Position numbers and translations under genes: made by a program. This document shows positions 59,640-64,000 of a stretch of 64,000 bases of DNA, piece by piece. Numbering within the stretch: the stretch's first letter is position 1; every line of letters starts with the position of its first letter. The stretch is from Candidatus Latescibacterota bacterium (GTDB lineage: Bacteria > Latescibacterota > UBA2968): contig OZ244960.1 in the NCBI GenBank assembly GCA_965222605.1, positions 3,840,001-3,904,000 of the forward strand, written 5' to 3'. The notes below the pieces were generated by a model. The model worked only from the letters and a program-made list of their open reading frames with translations. It ran no database searches and had not been told where the DNA came from.

Positions 59640-59673
59640 TCAATCCGTTAGAGGATTGGGCTTTTTTTCTTTT
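59638..59673 (+). terminator. Terminator overlapping the 3' end of the ZTP aptamer (expression platform)
   Basis: GCTCAATCC-GTTAGA-GGATTGGGC TTTTTTT. Confidence 0.85.
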
Positions 59674-59688
59674 CAAGAGGATTGTCTT

Positions 59689-60864
59689 ATGTCTCAAGAT
59701 GGACTGATTCTTCGCTATGGTTGCAATCCGCATCAATCTGATGCGCGTGCGTACTCTCTTGATGGCAAATTGCCTTTCGCGGTGCTCAATGGCGCGCCGG
59801 GTTATATTAACTTGCTCGACGCGCTCAATTCATGGCAACTCGTGCGCGAGCTTAAAGAGGTGCTCAATCTGCCAGCGGCTGCTTCTTTTAAGCACTTAAG
59901 CCCTGCTGGTGCGGCTGTTGCCGTTCCCATTTCCGACGCGCTGCAACGGGCGTATTTTGTCGATGATTTCGATCTTTCGCCTCTGGCTACGGCTTATGCC
60001 CGCGCTCGGGGTGCGGATAGGCTTTCTTCTTTTGGCGATTGGGTGGCTTTAAGCGATGAGGTGGATCAATCGACTGCGCGCTTGCTCAGTCGCGAAGTGT
60101 CCGATGGTATTATTGCGCCGGGCTATCAACCGGAGGCATTCGATATTCTTAAGAAAAAAAAAGGCGGCAGTTATGTCATTCTCCAGATGGATGAATCGTA
60201 CGCGCCTGCTGGCCCGGAAACCCGCGATGTTTTCGGCGTTGTTCTGGAACAGACGCGCAATGCCAGGACTGTTAACACAGATATTCTCACGAATATTGTG
60301 ACAAAGAATAAAGAGGTCTCTCCCGAAGCACAGCGCGATATGCTCGTGGCGACTATTGCTCTTAAGTACACGCAATCCAATTCGATGTGTTTTGCCTTTG
60401 ATGGGCAGGTTATCGGCAATGGCGCGGGGCAGCAAAATCGCCTGGCCTGTACGGACATTGCCGCGGGAAAGTCCGAGGCGTGGTACTTGCGCCAGCATTC
60501 GGATATTCTCGATTTCAAATTTAGAAAAGGTCTCAAACGCCCCGAGAAGATCAACGCTATTGAAGCCTATTTGCGCGGCGATATGACTCGTGAGGAACGT
60601 CGGGTTTGGGAAGCGTGTTTCGATACTGTGCCCCTGCCTTTGAGCGAGGACGCGCGGCGAGCGTGGATTAGACAAATGGACGATATTGTGCTCAGTTCCG
60701 ATGCGTTTATCCCTTTTCGAGACAATATTGATCGGGCTGCTCGCACGGGTGTCAAATATGTGGTTGAGACCGGAGGTTCAGTGCGCGACGACGATGTCAT
60801 CGCAGCTTGCGATGAATACGGTATGCTTCTGGTTATGACCGGGGTGCGTTTGTTCCATCATTAA
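59689..60864 (+). CDS. purH: AICAR transformylase (monofunctional PurH lacking the IMP cyclohydrolase domain)
   Basis: LRYGCNPHQ, GYINLLDALN, SFKH.SPAG, KYTQSNS, SSDAF.PFRD, GGSVRD, RLFHH. Confidence 0.92.
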   Translation: MSQDGLILRYGCNPHQSDARAYSLDGKLPFAVLNGAPGYINLLDALNSWQLVRELKEVLNLPAAASFKHLSPAGAAVAVPISDALQRAYFVDDFDLSPLATAYARARGADRLSSFGDWVALSDEVDQSTARLLSREVSDGIIAPGYQPEAFDILKKKKGGSYVILQMDESYAPAGPETRDVFGVVLEQTRNARTVNTDILTNIVTKNKEVSPEAQRDMLVATIALKYTQSNSMCFAFDGQVIGNGAGQQNRLACTDIAAGKSEAWYLRQHSDILDFKFRKGLKRPEKINAIEAYLRGDMTREERRVWEACFDTVPLPLSEDARRAWIRQMDDIVLSSDAFIPFRDNIDRAARTGVKYVVETGGSVRDDDVIAACDEYGMLLVMTGVRLFHH

Positions 60865-60879
60865 AACTGCTGATTGCCA

Positions 60880-60965
60880 AACCTTAACGTAACGTCAAAG
60901 TTTTTCGTTGACATTGATGTTGTGTTAAGGTATATTTTTTCTAACTTTAACGTAACGTCAAAGTT
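60880..60965 (+). promoter_or_regulatory. Two 23-bp palindromic operators flanking a sigma70 promoter
   Basis: AAC(C/T)TTAACGTAACGTCAAAGTT at 60880-60902 and 60943-60965; TTGACA(60908)-N17-TATATT(60931) lies between them. Confidence 0.85.
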
Positions 60966-61000
60966 TGTCTGTTCCGCTCATAAAAACGAGGTGATTTGTT

Positions 61001-61507
61001 GTGTCAAAATGCAATGATGGTTTGATACATATTGGGAAATTGGCAAAAGAAGCCGGCACGACCACCCGCACAGTGCGCTATTACGAAGAGATGGGGCTGA
61101 TATGTCCCGAATGTCGAAGCAGCGGTGGTTTTCGATGTTATTCCCACGAGCAACTTGCGCGGTTGCGCATGATCTTGAGTCTGAAAGAGATGGAATTTGA
61201 TCTCGAACATATCAAGGTCATTATTGACAAACGAGAAAAACACAAAACCGCAGGCGAACTCGCGCATGATATTCTCGAAGATCTCAATGGTCGTCTTCGT
61301 GAAGTTGAAGAACAGATTGCACACTACAAGCATATACGCGAAACACTGACCCAAACCATAGCCAGTATCTGCGCGTGTTTGCCCTGTGATCTCAGAGTTG
61401 AAGAGCGTCTCTGTCCAGCGTGTCAAACGCTCAACCAACCGACGTGTCAGTCCGTACCATTTTTTCACTCCCTATCAACTGCCGAGACACTGGAATTAAA
61501 ACTATGA
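61001..61507 (+). CDS. MerR family transcriptional regulator with a Cys-rich C-terminus
   Basis: IGKLAK.AG.T.RTVRYYEE.GL...RS.GGFR.Y; tail CACLPC-x8-CPAC-x7-C. Confidence 0.9.
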   Translation: MSKCNDGLIHIGKLAKEAGTTTRTVRYYEEMGLICPECRSSGGFRCYSHEQLARLRMILSLKEMEFDLEHIKVIIDKREKHKTAGELAHDILEDLNGRLREVEEQIAHYKHIRETLTQTIASICACLPCDLRVEERLCPACQTLNQPTCQSVPFFHSLSTAETLELKL

Positions 61508-62412
61508 AAAAAGAACAAAGAAAATCAGCAAATCTCCCGTATAAAACCACTACGGGACAGGCTCTATCTGGAAGCGATTCCCCTTTGGGTGATCCTTCCC
61601 AAGCACAACTCACAGATCTTTATTTGCGCGATATTCGCAAATACACCCCGCTTTCCCGCGAAGATGAAGTCAAAGCCATCAATGCTGCGCGCAAGGGCAA
61701 TCAAAAGGCACTGAATCATCTCATTACAGCCAATTTGCGCTTTGTTGTGCGCGTGGCTGGCGAATATACGGGGCGCGGATTGCCCCTTTCCGATCTCATT
61801 GCCGAGGGCAATATGGGCCTTATACGCGCTACTCAAACATACGATCCCGAGCGCGGGTACAAGTTTATCACTTATGCGGTGTGGTGGATTCGCCAGGCCA
61901 TGCTCTCTGCTCTCAATCGCCAGACGCATCCGGTGGCGTTTCCGGTCAATCAAATAGATGATCGCGATGCGCTCAATAAAGTGTCTGCCGCACTTTCACA
62001 AGAATACGGTCGCGTTCCCACTGTTGACGAGTTGGCTTCAGAAACCGATTTCTCAACTCGACGAGTGCATAAGGCGCTTCAAACAAGTCTGGCATCTGTC
62101 TCGCTTGACGGGCCAGTATATGAAGATAGTGACCGCCGGTTTGCCGATGTTGTTCCCGATGATGCACCCCAGCCAGATGAGGATGTGCACGCCAACCGAT
62201 TGCGCGATCTTTTGCACAAGGGCCTGGCCGATTTGCCCGAACGCGAAGCCGAGATTATCAACCGCTATTTTGGCCTGGATGTTGACAACGCAGAATCGCT
62301 GGAGCAAGTGGGTAAGCGCTTTCACATTAGCCGCGAGCGCGTGCGCCAGCTCAAAGACCGCGCGCTTGGGCTGTTGCGCCAGCACATGGATGTAGAAGAG
62401 GTTGTATTATAG
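61504..62412 (+). CDS. Alternative sigma70 factor (RpoD/RpoS-like, lacking region 1.1)
   Basis: YLRDI, ANLRFVV, DLIAEGN.GL, KFITYAVWWIRQ, SLD, SRERVRQ; ATGA overlap with merR. Confidence 0.92.
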   Translation: MKKEQRKSANLPYKTTTGQALSGSDSPLGDPSQAQLTDLYLRDIRKYTPLSREDEVKAINAARKGNQKALNHLITANLRFVVRVAGEYTGRGLPLSDLIAEGNMGLIRATQTYDPERGYKFITYAVWWIRQAMLSALNRQTHPVAFPVNQIDDRDALNKVSAALSQEYGRVPTVDELASETDFSTRRVHKALQTSLASVSLDGPVYEDSDRRFADVVPDDAPQPDEDVHANRLRDLLHKGLADLPEREAEIINRYFGLDVDNAESLEQVGKRFHISRERVRQLKDRALGLLRQHMDVEEVVL

Positions 62413-62423
62413 AGGAGTAATAG

Positions 62424-63254
62424 ATGATTATCGATACGCATATCCATATTTACGATCCCACTCGTCCAGAGGGTGTGCCTTTTCCCGAACCAGATGACGA
62501 GATTTATCGCCGCGTTATGCCCGAAGACTACAGAGTGCTGGTCGCGTCTGAAGGTGTTACGGGGGCTATTATTGTCGAGGCGAGTACATGGGTTGAAGAC
62601 AACCAGTGGGTGCTCGATGTGATCGAAGATGATCCGTTTATCGTGGGACTGGTTGGCAATCTCGATCCGCGGGCTGAGGATTTTGGCGATCATCTCAATC
62701 GCCTAAGTCCCAATCCGCTCTTTTTGGGTATTCGCCCGCGCACTCATCCCTGGGAGCGAGAAGATTTGGGCAAGATGGCGGGTGCTTTTGAAAAGCTTGT
62801 CGAACACGATCTTGAACTCGATTCGGGGATCGGCGATGCGGTTGTGGAAATCGCGCGTCGATTGCCCGATCTTCGCATTGTGATCAATCACTGCGGCAAT
62901 GTCCCGGCAGATGGCAATCCCATTGCACCCGAGCGTTTGGAGCTTATGCAAAAAGCCGCGGAACAGCCCAATATTTTTTGCAAGGTGTCGGGTTTGATGG
63001 ATTTGCGCTGTCAGGTTATTCCGGCGCCCACAGATCTCGATTTTTATGTATATTTGCTCAACGCGCTCTGGCATCTTTTTGGTGAAGATCGCGTGATTTA
63101 CGGCAGTGATTGGCCGGTTCTCGAACGCAGCAAGCGCACCCCTGCCGAGGCGCAACGCCTTGTGTATGATTATTTTTCTCAGAAGGGTGATGCGGTGTTG
63201 GAGAAGTATTTTTGGAAGAATGCAAAGGTCGCGTATAAATGGCTCGATAGATGA
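62424..63254 (+). CDS. Amidohydrolase_2 family (sugar lactonase-like)
   Basis: IIDTHIH, INH, CKVSGL, YGSDWPV. Confidence 0.88.
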   Translation: MIIDTHIHIYDPTRPEGVPFPEPDDEIYRRVMPEDYRVLVASEGVTGAIIVEASTWVEDNQWVLDVIEDDPFIVGLVGNLDPRAEDFGDHLNRLSPNPLFLGIRPRTHPWEREDLGKMAGAFEKLVEHDLELDSGIGDAVVEIARRLPDLRIVINHCGNVPADGNPIAPERLELMQKAAEQPNIFCKVSGLMDLRCQVIPAPTDLDFYVYLLNALWHLFGEDRVIYGSDWPVLERSKRTPAEAQRLVYDYFSQKGDAVLEKYFWKNAKVAYKWLDR

Positions 63255-63264
63255 GGTTCGAACT

Positions 63265-64000
63265 ATGCAAATTATCCCTTCTGGCGGCGCACTGGGCGCG
63301 GAAATTCGGGAGCTTGATATTTCGCAGGCACTCGACGATGACACCGTCCAGGCTATTCGCCAGGCATTGCTCAATTACTGTGTTGTGTATTTTCGCGATC
63401 AGGATTTGAGCGAGGAAGATCAGATTCGCTTTACCGATTATTTTGGTCGCGCAGTCGAACACGTTCGCAAACAGCTCGACCGCGAACACAAAGAAATTTT
63501 TATTGTTTCCAATATTGAAGAGAACGGTCAGCCCATCGGTGCTTTGGGCGATGGGGAGGTTAGCTTTCACTCCGATTTGTCATATCTCAAGCGGCCTGGT
63601 ACGATTTCCGTTCTTTATGCTCTTGAAATTCCCAGTGCAGGGGGCAATACCCAGTGGTGCAATTGTTATGCCGCGTATGAAGCGTTAGATGAAGATATAA
63701 AAAAACGGCTCACAGGATTGCGAGCCGTACACCGTCATTATGTTGGAGAACAAAATCCACCCGAACGCGTTGACCATCCGGTCGTGCGCACCCATCCAGA
63801 AACCGGGCGCAAGTCGCTTTATGCCGGTCCCCATCTGACCAAATATATTCTCGATATGCCCACCGATGAAAGCGACGCGCTTCTCAAGGCGCTTTTTGAG
63901 CACGCCGCCCGTCCCGAATTTTTGTGGACCCACATATGGGAGGTCGGCGATCTGGTGATGTGGGACAACCGCCCCACGATGCATCGCCGCGAACCCTTTT
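63265..64000 (+). CDS. TauD/TfdA family 2-oxoglutarate dioxygenase, runs off the window
   Basis: Manual translation: MQIIPSGGALGAEI..., FHSDLSY (HxD), HPVVRTHPETGRK, MWDNRPTMHRR. Confidence 0.9.
   Translation, partial: MQIIPSGGALGAEIRELDISQALDDDTVQAIRQALLNYCVVYFRDQDLSEEDQIRFTDYFGRAVEHVRKQLDREHKEIFIVSNIEENGQPIGALGDGEVSFHSDLSYLKRPGTISVLYALEIPSAGGNTQWCNCYAAYEALDEDIKKRLTGLRAVHRHYVGEQNPPERVDHPVVRTHPETGRKSLYAGPHLTKYILDMPTDESDALLKALFEHAARPEFLWTHIWEVGDLVMWDNRPTMHRREPF

Noticed and set aside
60880-60966. Two 24-bp direct repeats with a 39-bp spacer, CRISPR-like in size
   Set aside because: Only two copies, the spacer is a consensus sigma70 promoter and a MerR gene follows; an operator pair explains it better

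Overview
Bacterial chromosomal window, about 50% GC with lower-GC inserts. The gene content (SusC/D, a dockerin/EF-hand-like tail, PhyH, enolase-superfamily and sulfatase paralogs, many toxin-antitoxin (TA) modules) suggests an FCB-group organism such as Ca. Latescibacterota or Gemmatimonadota; this is inference only. From left to right it holds: the end of an RND transporter gene and a SusC/SusD pair; pyrE and a long run of orphan catabolic enzymes; a solo tnpB with an omega-RNA-like 3' end; a TA pair, STAS, MFS, sulfatase and a signal peptidase lacking its catalytic Ser; cytochrome c-PCuAC-SCO; a decaying restriction/defence islet; lgt-cysS-hemB-sufE, folE2, yidD, hinT and zinc-free-type rpmG-rpmB; a cobalamin riboswitch with a complete B12 uptake/salvage operon; TA modules bracketing a putative metal-uptake operon; ChdC/Cld, a broken His-rich CDF, two SDRs and an AAA ATPase; a ZTP riboswitch with purH; and a Cys-rich MerR plus alternative sigma70 operon behind twin 23-bp operators. 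The best candidate for a novel system is the leader ORF at 51137-51415 (CxxC, His-rich, ending RSPP). Its 3' end is a perfect 12-nt anti-SD for the downstream lipoprotein/TonB-receptor operon, which implies ribosome-stalling, metal-responsive translational control. No CRISPR array, tRNA or rRNA was seen. All family calls come from motif recognition, not database searches.
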